Positions 53,058 to 64,000 of a stretch of DNA of 64,000 nt are shown here, one piece after another. The translations under genes and the position numbers were made by a program. Position 1 is the stretch's first letter. Every line of letters begins with the position of its first letter. The stretch is from Takakia lepidozioides (lineage: Eukaryota > Plantae > Bryophyta): the NCBI GenBank assembly GCA_030704615.1, contig CM060734.1:4774001-4838000 (forward strand), read 5' to 3'. Under the pieces are notes generated by a model. The model ran no database searches, was not told the DNA's origin, and saw only the letters and a program-made list of their open reading frames with translations.

Positions 53058-53911
53058 CTAGGGTAGCTTGTACCGTTGGCCCAAGTGTCAAGTGACATCT
53101 AAGTCCAAGTGCAATCCCCTATGTATCCAAGTGCGTCTCCTATGTTGAGGCCCAAATGCGACCTCTAGGGTAGCCTGTGCCGTTGGCCCAAGTGTCCAGT
53201 GTCATCTAAGCCCAAGTGTAAGATCTTCTATGTATCCCAGTGCATCTCCTATGTCGAGGCCCAAGTGCGACCTGCAGTGTAGCCTATGCCGTTTGGCCCA
53301 TATGTGAAGAATGAAATCTAAGACCAGGTGTAATTTCCTATGTATCCAAGTGCATCTCCCATGTAGAGCCCCAATTGTCCACTGTCATCTCCTATGTATC
53401 CAGTGCAATTTCCTATGTATCCAAGTGCAACCTCTAGGCCCTAGGGTAGCATGTGCAGCTGGCCCAAGTGTCCAATGTCAACTAAGTCATTCACGTCTAA
53501 TCAGTTTTTTTCCGCAGATCCTACAACCAGATTTGAACCGGAGACCTTTCCCTTGATATCTCTCCCGTCGAGGCTCCAACCATTGTCCCAGGAATGCCCA
53601 TTTTGCCATTTTTGCTATTTTTTGTGAATTTCCAGCGACCAAAAGCACTTGAAATTCCAAATCTGCCATATGATGGGCCAATCATTGCTCTAGGAAAGCC
53701 CACTTTGCCATTTTTTCCGAATTTCCAGCGACCCAAAGCACTTGAAATTCCACATCTTCGGCACCGCCGGTCCAAAAATCATGAGACCAAGCCGGTGCAC
53801 CCCTCCTCATCGAGGGCTTTCCAACGGCACCAAGCACCCGCGCTGGCCCCGCGGTTTGGGAGATCTCATCGACGCTACAAAACAAAACAAACGTCTCGAT
53901 TCATATATTGA
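53058..53911 (-). mobile_element. Non-autonomous Helitron with tandemly repeated 3' module
   Basis: A|TCAATATATGAA 5' end and ..GCTACCCTAG|T 3' end on the minus strand, with ~107-bp internal tandem repeats. Confidence 0.75.
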
Positions 53912-54278
53912 TACCTAGAGATTAGTGCGGCGGTTAATACGTTGGGCTGGATGGCCGAGGTCAGGGGTTCAACTTTCGCCTCTTATACTCTTCATATCGT
54001 TAATGTTTTTTAAAAATAATACCTTCATTTCATTGATCCAGAATCTATATAAATACGTAAACTACAAGGTTGTTGTTAGTACTTGCATGTTAGTCTATTG
54101 GTTGGTATAGTTCGTTGTGGTATCAGAGGTCAGAGGGTTCAACTCTCCACCCCCCGCCCTTTTTTGTTTCTTTTCTTTTCTTTTCTTTTCTTTCTTTCTT
54201 TCTTTCTTTCGGGTAATTAGTTTTTTTTAGTGATCCTTCCAGTTAGTTGCCTAAGAAGTTGTATAAGACATTGAGTTA

Positions 54279-55239
54279 TCAATATATGAAGCGAGACGTT
54301 TGTTTTGTTTTGTTTTGTCACGTTGAGATATCCCAACCGCAAGGCCCCAGCCCTGGTGCTTGGTACCGTTGGAAAGCCCTCAACGAGGAGGGGTGCACGG
54401 GCTTGGTCTCATGATTTTTGGACCTATGGTGTGGGAGGTGGAATTTCAAGTACTTTGGGTCGCTGGAAATTCACGAAAAATAGCAAAGTGGGCATTCCTA
54501 GGACAATGGTTGGAGCCTCGACAAGAGAGATATCAAGGGAAAGGTCTCCGGTTCAAATCTGGTCGTAGGCTCTGTGGAAAAAAACGATGAGATATGGCTA
54601 AAACGAATTTCAAGTACTTTTGGTCGCTGCACAATGATTGAAGCCTCGACAAGAGAGATATCAAGGGAAAGGTCTCCGGTTCAAATCTGGTCGTAGGCTC
54701 TGTGGAAAAAAAATGATTAGATATGGCTTGCTTCATATATTGATGCACTTGGACTTAGATGACTTAGATGGTTGGAGCCTCAACGGGAGATATATCAATA
54801 ATGATTGGATATATTACTACTCAACAAATTCATGGAAAAAAATAAATTGGGCCTTGACATGGAAGACGTACTTGGATACATAGGAGATTGCACTTGGGCT
54901 TAGATGGGCCTCGACATAGGAGACGCATTTGGATACATAGGAAAATATTGCACTTGGACTTAGATGACACTGGACACTTGGGCCAACGGCACATGCTACC
55001 CTAGAGACGAGAGATATATCAATAATGATAGGATATATTACTACTCAATAAATTCATGGAAAAAAATTAATCGGGCCTTGACATGGGAGACGTACTTGGA
55101 TACATAGGAGATTGCACACTAGGCTTAGATGGGCCTCGACATGGGAGACGCACATGGGAGATGCCTTTGGATACATAGGAGATTGCACTTGGGCTTAGAT
55201 GACACTGGACACTTGGGCCAACGGCACATGCTACCCTAG
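54279..55239 (+). mobile_element. Non-autonomous Helitron of the same family, opposite orientation
   Basis: A|TCAATATATGAAGCGAGACG ... GGCACATGCTACCCTAG|T, no TSD, inserted at an AT dinucleotide. Confidence 0.75.
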
Positions 55240-55774
55240 TTACTCTTATATCAAAGCATAGAAGCTAGTGTAGTGGTTAGACGGTTGTTTGTTCCGAAGG
55301 CAAATCCGTCTTCCGATTAATTATTTTATTTGTAGTTAGTTTCCTTTAGCTAAGGGATTAATTGTTTTAATGTTCTTACTAACGATGGTTTGTTAACGGT
55401 TTACTATTTACTTAGCTACCAAAATTATCAATCATAAAATTTAGCCGATATATTTAGAGACCACACATAGTCACATAATTTTTTTTTGACATTAATAAAA
55501 ATTGGTTACTAGCATAAACCAATTGTATTCGAAATAAGATAGTTCTTGTTAGAAAGCTAACCCATGTATATTGGTGTTAATTCTCACTCAATTTAGAAAT
55601 AATTATTCTAAGTATAGTTATTCCCAAATTACGATCAACATACCATGCCTATTAATTATATCTAAATAGGATTTACTACAAGATAAAGTGGTTTTAGCAA
55701 CAGCTCTTCTCACACCTTTCAGTGTGAAAAGAGTCCGAGTTCACAGCCCCCTGGTGTTAGGTTAACCTAGTTGG

Positions 55775-56068
55775 CCGAAAATGGCTAAGTCCCAGAACTG
55801 ACTGGGGCCGGAACTGGAAAAATGGCGCCGAATTTCCGGTTTCGGTGCCAGCCACCCAAGGGACTTAGCCATTTTCGGGGCCCTGAACTGGCAATTCGGC
55901 GCCATTTTCCCAGGTTGGGGTCGAAAATGGCTAAGTCCCAGAACTGACTGGGCCCGGAACTGGAAAAATGGCGCCGAATTTCCAGTTTCGATGCCAGACA
56001 CCCCAATGACTTAGCCATTTTCGGGGCCCTGAACTGGAAATGCGGCGTCATTTTCCCAGGTTGGGGCT
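55775..56068. repeat. Two ~147-bp tandem units, each internally inverted
   Basis: AAAATGGCTAAGTCCC...GGGACTTAGCCATTTT and AAAATGGCGCCGAATT...AATTCGGCGCCATTTT. Confidence 0.7.
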
Positions 56069-56070
56069 GA

Positions 56071-56510
56071 TGTCAAGTTAAATAAGCACAGTGTGAAAAC
56101 AACTAGAATAAAGCTAGTTATTTGTATTTAACACTTGGATTTAGGTCAAGTGTTAAATCAGGTGTCAAGTTTAGTTTGACACCTGAACCGCCTTATCTTC
56201 ACGAGAGCGGCAGTCGCGCAGCTCATCTCTCTCGTGTTGAGCTGCGCGACCGAGCTCCTGCATCGTTTAGGACTGAGTGTGCTTATGATGGGAGTATAGG
56301 TTGTTGTGGGGTGGAGTCCCCATAGCTTGGGGTGCCCTTGGCTCGACTTCTGTTTTAACGAGTGATAGCGATGGATTTCATGTTGTTTCTGGTGTGAACA
56401 GTGTGTCTCTTAGCTTGTTCTATCACTCGAGAGAGATGAGCTCTTACCTGGGAGTGCAAGGTAGGAGTTGAGGGTTAGCACTTGTATGATTACCTGTGTG
56501 AGAGTAGTGC
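56071..56510 (+). mobile_element. LTR 5' fragment related to the LTR at 57958
   Basis: Both start TGTCAAGTTA and share TTATCTTCACG, GCTCATCT.TCTCG and TATCACTCGAGA.AGATGAGCTC. Confidence 0.65.
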
Positions 56511-56799
56511 TTAGTTTAAGAAGCTTAAAAAAACAAAAAAAAAACAAAATATGTAGGTTTCGATCAGCGTTGGTTCTGGCATGAGGCCGCCGGGCAGGAC
56601 GGAGCTACACTGCATGGAAGCAACCTTCGTTTTGGTCAGTGAGGAGACATCATGGAGTAGTAGCGATTGGCCGTTGGGAAACTGACCAAGTGCGAGACTT
56701 AAAGGGGTACCTGTGATCGAGCAGATGGGTAGAACTTCCGTGCCTGGAGATGGCCGGGCTGTGAGAGACACCTTCAGGGGGTATTTGAGCAATTAGGTG

Positions 56800-57957
56800 G
56801 AGGGTTTTAGAGGGAAGCGAAAGGGGACCGTTATGTCCCGGTGAGCAGCCAAAGCTCCAAGTTGGCCCGGGCGGCCAGGTTGGGAGTCAGGCGCGCGCAT
56901 CAAAGCGAGTAACTATGACTTGAAGGGGAGTTTACCGAAGCGGGGTGCGCGACACTTGGTATCAAAGCTTAGAGTTCAGTACGCGATCGTCCTCGGGATT
57001 GGCCTCATCATGGGGTCGGGCAAGCCGAAGCGAAAGCGAAACGGCCCAAAAGATGATGATCCCGGTGAGCCCGATGGGGGCGGCGTGTCACCGAGGCGGC
57101 CGTTTGAGGAAGCGATGCATGTTTCCGAAAACGAGGCCGCCCAAGAGCGGGAGGAATCTGAGGAGTCGGAGCCCGAGGAATCCTTGAGAGCTCCGACAAA
57201 CCAAGAGATGCCTCCCATGCCGGCAGCCTTTTGGGAAGGGTTGTTGGCGCAGTTTGGCGGGACGTTGAAAGACGTGTTGAAGGCGGCTAATGCCACTTCC
57301 GCTAAGGCAAAGTTTAAGGTGAAGCCTAAGGAACCCGGCACCTTCGAGGGCGTCCGAAATCGGAAGGCACTCAACACCTGGCTCTTGGAGCTAGAGCAGT
57401 ACTTCCGGGCGGCCAAGTTGAGTGACGAGGATCGGGTGGAAGTGGCTCCCACCTATTTGAGGGGCTATGCTCAACAATGGTGGCAGAAACGCCTTCACGA
57501 CCGAGGTCCAAGTCCGGAAACCTTGAACTGGAGTGGGTTCAAGGAATTGTTGAAGAGACAGTTTGTGCCCCTCAACGAGTCATGGCTTGCCCGGGACAAG
57601 ATGAGGAATTTGAAGCAAACAGACGACATTCGGGGGTATGTCCAGGCTTTCAATGTGCTGTTGCTCAAAGTCGCGGACATGGCAGAACCAGAAATGGTCT
57701 TCAACTTTGTGGCGGGACTGGCCCCATGGGCCAGGCGGAAGTTGAGGAGAAGCCACCCAAGACTTTGAACGAGGCAATTGAGAGGGCTGAATGTTTCTCG
57801 GATGTCCCTAAGGGTGAAAGACAAGGCCGTACGGAGCTGAACCATAAGAAGATTCGGCGGGAAGGTGACTCCTTCCGACCGGAAAAGAAGTGGGATAGGC
57901 CACGCGGCGAAAATTGCATGTGGAAATCGAAGGGAGGGCCTTCACACGTCAAGGTGG
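56800..57957 (+). mobile_element. Ty3/gypsy copy B (same family as A): LTR end, PBS, gag 57010-57957
   Basis: LTR ends GCGACA at 56954, PBS TGGTATCAAAGC at 56957. Gag is close to copy A (LELEQYFRAAKLSDEDRVEVAPTYLRGYAQQWW) and is cut by an insertion at 57958. Confidence 0.92.
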
Positions 57958-59814
57958 TGTCAAGTTATTTTACCACTAGTGTGAAACTAGCTAGGAAATA
58001 GCTAGCTTTTACATATTGACATTTGGGATTGGCCCAAGTGTCAATCCAGGGGTCAAGGCAGATTTAGGCCCTGGAGTGGTTATCTTCACGGCAAGCGTGG
58101 GAGGCTCATCTTTCTCGAGTTGAGCCTCACCGCCCTAGCTATGGCGCCGTAGTGTGGATTCCCCATGGCGTGGGGTGCACTTGGCTTGACTTGTATTTGA
58201 GTGATGAGGTTATATATGCATGAGTTTATGCTTCAGCTTTGTGAGCTCGCATGAGCTTGTGCTTGTATTCTTCTTCTTTATCACTCGAGAAAGATGAGCT
58301 CGTATCTATGAGTGCTAGATACGAGTTAGTTGTAGCACTTGTGGTTTTTGCTTGAAAATGAGGGAAACCAAGTTGTTATGCAAGGAGCATCGTGGAGCTC
58401 TTGGTTGTTAGAAGCGGAGGCGATGTGGGTTACGAGGTGGTAAACCTTGGCATTCGATCTTCAGCTTCAGAGATGAAAGCACCATACTGCAGGTAATTCC
58501 AGAGCACCTTGATGGTTTCAGATTGTGTACATGCATGAGCAAGCACGATTGGGAAGAGGACCAGTCAAGAGCAGGTTATAGTGGCTTTGGTGGCAAAGCT
58601 GAGAACTGGACTTGGAATGCGAGCTTTCATTGTGTGAAGGATTGCAAGACCAAGCGAAAGGGCTGATTTGGCTTGGGGCAAATCAGTGCACTTTTGTGGA
58701 GTATGGTGAGATTGGGTTTCAATCTCGAGCTTCAGCATTGAGAGGGCTCTTGTCATGGCAAGAGCAGGGCTGGAACAGGAGCTAAGAGGTGCGGCAAGGC
58801 CATGGAATGTGCACCTAGGGTTTCAGAGCTTGGAAGAAGAGCTCTTGCACCACAAGAGAAGTGTCTTGTGGCTGGAAATGTAAGCCTTAGGGTTTCAGGG
58901 CTTGGCAAAGGCTATGGAGTGCTTAGTCTTGTCTTAGAGAGCATCAAGGAGCCAAGGAGCCAAGATAGGGGGCTGATATCTCTTGTGTGAAGAGGTTGCA
59001 TGTGTGGAGCATGTATTCAGCTCATTGAAGCTTCCATCTTCAAGCTTGGAGGCAAGCAAGGAAGAGGGAAGGGCTGACTTCCCTTATGTGAGGGCAATGT
59101 ATGTGTGGAGCATGCTATCAGCCTGGTGAAGGCTTGCACTTTTAGGTGTGGGAGTGCAAGAAAGGAAGGAAGGGGCTGGTTTCCCTGTAGGGCATGTAGA
59201 GCATGCTTTCAGCCTGCTGAAGCTTGTATTATCAGGTTTGTGGGTGCAAGAAATGAAGCAAATGAGCTGATTCTCTTATGGTGAGAGTGGGGCATGTGTG
59301 GAGCATGCCTTCAGCCCATTGAGGCTCTTGTTTTCAAGCCTTAGAGAGCTAGAACGGAAGGTCTAGGGCTGGTATCCACTTGGGAGTGAAAGAACAGCAC
59401 TTGTAGGGCCTATGTGAGTTGGGGTTTCAACTTCAAGCTTGAAGGGAGCGCAACTCTGGAAGCAACAGGTGTAGAGGGCTGGAATAGGCTCTAAGACAGA
59501 TGCTATGGCCAATGAGAGTGCTTGAATGAGTGCTCACAAGGGCTGGGAACCAGCAGGGCTTGGTTGTTTGCCATTGAGTTTAGTGGCGTGTTTGGAGAGG
59601 CTAAGTGAGAAAGAAGGCTTGGTTTGTGGCAACCACCTCATGGCTTAGGGCTACTATGGTGGTGTGTGGGAGCCGAAAGAGCAAGGATACCTTGCTGATT
59701 TCCTCACAGCCACCATAGCTCGGTGGAAAGAAGCCTAGAGTCCAAGAGACACAAACCCTAGCTTGGCGTGGCTAAACCCTTGGAGAAATGGCTAAACTTC
59801 CAGAGCGGCCATGT

Positions 59815-60275
59815 GTGGGGCTGTGACAGGCTGTGGCAAGCTGTCACGGGCTGTGTCAGGCTGTGACGGGCTGTGAGGGGCTGTGACAGGCTGTGCCCTG
59901 TGCCCTGTGGGGCAGTGACGGGCTGTGACAGGCTGCGGCGAGCTGTGACAGGCTGTGCCCATGGCCTTTGGGGCTGTGACGGGCTGTGACAGGCCGTGCC
60001 CATGGCCTTTGGGGCTGTGACGGGCTGTGAGGGGCTGTGACAGGCCGTGCCCATGGCCTTTGGGGCTGTGACGGGCTGTGAGGGGCTGTGACAGGCCGTG
60101 CCTGAGGCCTTTGGGGCTGTGACGGGCTGTGAGGGGCTGTGACAGGCCGTGCCTGAGGCCTTTGAGGCTGTGACGGGCTATGATGGGCTGTGGCAAGCTG
60201 TGACAGGCTGTGATGGCTGTGATGGGCTGTGACAGGCTGTGCCCGGTGCCCTGTGGGGCTGTGACGGGCTGTGGT
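59815..60275. repeat. GCTGTGAC(A/G)G 10-bp minisatellite inside the LTR/leader
   Basis: Dozens of GGCTGTGACR units with a higher-order ~51-bp repeat. Confidence 0.9.
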
Positions 60276-63200
60276 GGCCCGTGTTGACCTGTGGACGGCC
60301 TGTGCTGACTCGTGGAGGCACTGGTGGACTGCCTAAGGACTGGCATGTGGTCTGGAAGGCCGAATTTTGAAGCTCGTGGAGGGCGGTTTGAGGAGTATCT
60401 TCATGATATTCCCATGGTCATGCAAGTGAGGGTAGAGAGGAGAGGAGAGTGTTGGGATGAGGCATGCTGGGGTTAGGCATTGCTTTAGCTTCTCTTCCTC
60501 GTAGTTTCCACCCTCTCATTAGGCCAAGACCTTTCCGTAGGTGGAGGCAAGAGTCCAGTCCGGGTTTGGGCTGGGGTGTCCTTGCAGGAGCAACACCGTG
60601 GAGTTGTTTTGGTGTGGGGGGAGTTGTCGTTCTGATTCTTTGTTTGGATCCCATCCATACCTGCATGCTTGACTGTGCGCCATGCTAGTTTTGTGTGGGC
60701 GCTTGTTTTATAGGTGATTGGTCCGGATTTGATCACCGGCCAGTCCTAGAGATGCGGTGTGATGGTGGCTTGGGTGATGACCAGCCAGACCATTCATTGT
60801 TTCTCCTGTGGTGAGGGGAGGTGATGACCAGCCAAACATAGGAGTGCTTGCGGTGGATGCAGGTACAGTGTAGGCTATGTTAGGAACTTAGTATCCAAAC
60901 CAAAGCCGCAACAGGTTTCTCTACCCGGTTACCTTGGGAGAGGGGGTTAGGGACATGTTCATGACCGGTTGAGTGTCAACACGGAGGTGCCACTAGTTGC
61001 TGGGGGACAGTGCCGGTTCGAGCACTAGCGATACTAGTGGGTACACAGACGAGGTGTGCGGTTTAGGCCACCTTCACTCCGTGTCTTCTACGGAAGGTTC
61101 TGATTCGGATTGTGAATCAGGAGGGCTCATACCGGCGGTGCAAGTTGTTTCTTTGCCATTGTTGTGGGACACAATGGAGGAGATGTATGGAGCTACCAAG
61201 GGGCCACGAAGGTACTCTGGGGCGGTGGGCACCATCGAGTTGGATGATTTTATCCAAGAGTTTGATAGTTGGTGTGATTTGCAGCAAATGCGCAATCCAC
61301 AACTATTTACGCCTTTCATGGCATGGAAGGGGCTGTTTCAGCACCTTGAGGGGCCGCCTATGGATGATTACCATGAGTTCAGGCGGGGGCATGAGGTTGA
61401 GATCGAGGAGTGGAGGATGTACTGGTCACCCGACTATGTCTCCATCACTAGGGGCACTAGAGCCACGAGGGCAGTGGCTACACCTGCCGCTGCACCGGCA
61501 GCTTCAGCAAGCAGCAGTGGGACTGGTGGTACAGTAGCTACGACGTCCACCCAAGCCACTACCGCACCAGCACTAGTCCCGTGCCTGCCTTCAACCCTGT
61601 TGTGGAGTTCTTCGAAGAGTTGAGAGGGAACTACCAAGGGGTGAGGACAGAGAAGTTGCGGAGCTTGCAAGAGTTCCAACGGAAGCCGACCGAGAGCTTG
61701 AGGGAGGCTTTCACTCGCATGAGGCGCTTGATAAATGTAACCCAAGGGGTTACGGAAGCTCAGGCAGTCCAATTCTGGTATGGGATATTGGACAAGGAGC
61801 TGAGGAGAAGGGTGCGGGATGCAACTCTCCTACAAGCGGCCCAACCCACCTTAGCAAATGTGTTTTTGCTGGCAGAGCGGATAGAGCTCAACATGGTGGA
61901 GGAACGAGTGGTCATGGTGGGATTTGCTAAGGAGACACCACGGGTAGTGGTGCTCCTAGCCAACCACTACCTCAACGTGCTCAAGGCAACAAGGGGGCTC
62001 AGGTGAAGCTCAGGGAAGGGCAGAGGACCTCAGATGCAGGGGTCTCTCCCTTCATTTGCTGGCCAACAACGGGCGATGTGGTGTGCTGGACATGTGGAGG
62101 ACCCCATGTCAAGAAGGATTGCCCAGAGGGAGGCAAAGGGTCGGCACATGCACAGCCTGCACAGTTGCAGTGTGGGCATTGTGGCAAGCACGGGCATGGA
62201 GAGGCCCAGTGTTATGGTTTGCATCCTGAGTTGCGCCCAGGCCAGTTCCAAGGGAACAATGGTGGCGGGGGGAGGTGGAGCAGCCCAGAGAGGACGAGGT
62301 GGCCAGCCACGAGGTGCAGGCCAAGGGCAAGCTCAACATGGCCAAGGACGCGGAGGTCAGGGTGTTGACCAAGGCATGGCCAACCGGCTTCAGCAGCTAG
62401 AGCAGAGGCTCGCTGCCATGGCTACAGCTCAGGTGGTACCGGCTCTAAGGCCGGATGGTCCACCTCCTGCTCCTGAGGGAGGAGATATGGGAGGCATGGG
62501 ATTCATGTGTGGAGCAGCACTACCACTAGTGCAGGTGGAGTCTGCTGCAGCCGTGACTCGAGGAGCAGCACGAGTTCCTGAGCCACGAGGTGCAGAGGTG
62601 GAGTTGGATCCACAGCGTGGGGAGGCAAGCCGTCAGGCTAGGCTTCCTCAGTCATTCACATTGGCGGAGACAGTGTCGACGCCATCCATGGCACCTAGTT
62701 CTCGCCCGACTGTTACCGAGGCGGAGGTTACTATGCCATTGGGGAGAGCTACACGGGTAGCACCACTACCTAGTGTTGCCAAGGCTACGGCAGCTAGTGT
62801 GCTGCTAGGAGCGGCCACATCTGTGTGCCAGGCTCCATTGTTCTCGGCTACCATGATTGCGACGCCGGGGGTAAGACCAGCTGAGGTGTTCAGGCTGGCA
62901 GCTACACTCTGTGAGAGTGGGGAGGTTACTTCATCTTCTGCGGAGATAGTGGGAGGTGTAGTGCCGGAGGGATCCTCGGATTTGAGGGTCAAGACTGCCA
63001 CGGCGGCGCCATGGCAAGCTGCAGCTGCCAGGTTGATGGAGCTGCCAGCTAGGCCAGCCATTGAGCGCGCCATGGTGACACCTGGAGTTGTCATGTTAGA
63101 CAACCAGGATGGCATTTTCTGTTTGAGTGGACCGGCAGGCAAGAGGTACCGGCCACTGCGGGTCTTGTTGGACTCGGGAGCTCAGCCATTGATGCTGGGC

Positions 63201-63882
63201 AGAGCTGCTATTGCAGGCTTGGGCCTCACGGAGGCGGATATGGAGCCTTGTCCTTTCCAGATACAGACGTCTCTGGGAGGATCGGAGCAGGCTCGGGGCA
63301 TGACACGGCGTGAGTTGGCTATCAGACTACGGCCGGATCACCCTACAGATGGCTCAGTGATGCGAGCCAAGGCCATTGTGACAGACGGTCTCATACGATG
63401 TCCTGGTTGGTGGGGCCAGTGTTGTACCCCATGGGCTTCACCCTGGATTTTTGGGAGGAGTCAGCTTCCTATAGGCCTGCATGGCAGTCAGGGGAGGGCC
63501 GGCGTGTGCAGCTCCCTGTGACGTTCATAGGAGGAGTTGCGGTTGCCCAGCGAGGCAAGATGCCGACACTAGCAGCATTCACAGCGGCAGTGAGTTGGCC
63601 TAGAGAGTTGCTTGAGGGCAATGCTCATTCAGAGGATGTACCACCTCCGGGAGAGCAGGATGACATGTATGGTATGGCGGAGTTGCCTACCATGGTTGCT
63701 CAGACTCCATTGTGGGGCACGAGCAAGGATTTGCAGCGGGATGCTGATCGACGGGTGCAACAAGCCTGGGTGGAGGCTTTTGTACCGTCAGAGAGAGGAG
63801 GAGAGTGTGGGGATTGCACCAGGACCACCTCAATTGTCCATTGGACACCACACCTATTGTGTGGCAGTCTCCGGATGAAGGC

Positions 63883-64000
63883 ATTTGTCTTCTGGACTTG
63901 TTTGGCGGGATCAGCACCGGATTGGCTGCTGTGTTACAGGCAGGTGTACGAGTTCGGCGTTACCTGTATGTGGAGAGGGATGAGACTGCACGACGCGTTT
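63883..64000 (+). CDS. N-terminal part of a C5 DNA cytosine methyltransferase domain (motifs I-II, DNMT3-like) within the retrotransposon polyprotein
   Basis: ICLLDLFGGISTGLAAVLQAGVRVRRYLYVERDETARRV compared with the DNMT3 pattern VLSLFDGIATG..VL..LGI.V.RYIASE. Truncated by the window end. Confidence 0.75.
   Translation, partial: MCLLDLFGGISTGLAAVLQAGVRVRRYLYVERDETARRV

Larger units (their letters stand above)
57958..64000 (+). mobile_element. Ty3/gypsy-like element C: long 5' LTR/leader (to ~60.9 kb), gag from 61174, two zinc knuckles, aspartic protease, then a C5-methyltransferase start; runs off the window
   Basis: TGTCAAG start, gag LDDFIQEFDSWCD and FQRKPTESLREAFTRMRRL, knuckles CWTCGGPHVKKDC and CGHCGKHGHGEAQC, protease VLLDSGAQ at ~63160. 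Several frameshifts. Confidence 0.85.

Noticed and set aside
59758-60346. Repetitive ORFs (LSQPLTARHS...) as proteins
   Set aside because: They are translations of the 10-bp minisatellite.

Overview
Eukaryotic nuclear DNA from a land plant, probably bryophyte-grade (inferred from GT-AG introns, a QWRF/AUG8-family gene, a PLS-type PPR remnant and the transposon types). Host genes lie in the first 12 kb: an intact six-exon QWRF-motif gene (2686-7620) and a broken P-loop protein gene (9442-12197) whose later exons I could not find. The rest is nested, decayed transposons: CACTA, two LINEs, hAT, three Ty3/gypsy copies, Helitrons, a MITE and a small retroposed RNA. The notable part is 14.3-33.3 kb, a run of cargo-like modules, each with its own palindromic repeat family. 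(i) A spliced beta-class N4/N6 DNA amino-methyltransferase-fold gene with a 46-bp palindrome in its introns and 3' flank. (ii) A hAT transposase followed by about 28 palindromes at a strict 53-bp period and a RING-H2 gene. (iii) A protein kinase gene with an internal 0.3-kb inversion, followed by four unrelated long hairpins, all enclosed by about 1.5-1.8 kb inverted repeat arms. At the right edge, a Ty3/gypsy element appears to carry a C5 cytosine methyltransferase domain after its protease. All calls come from reading motifs by eye; no database searches were run.
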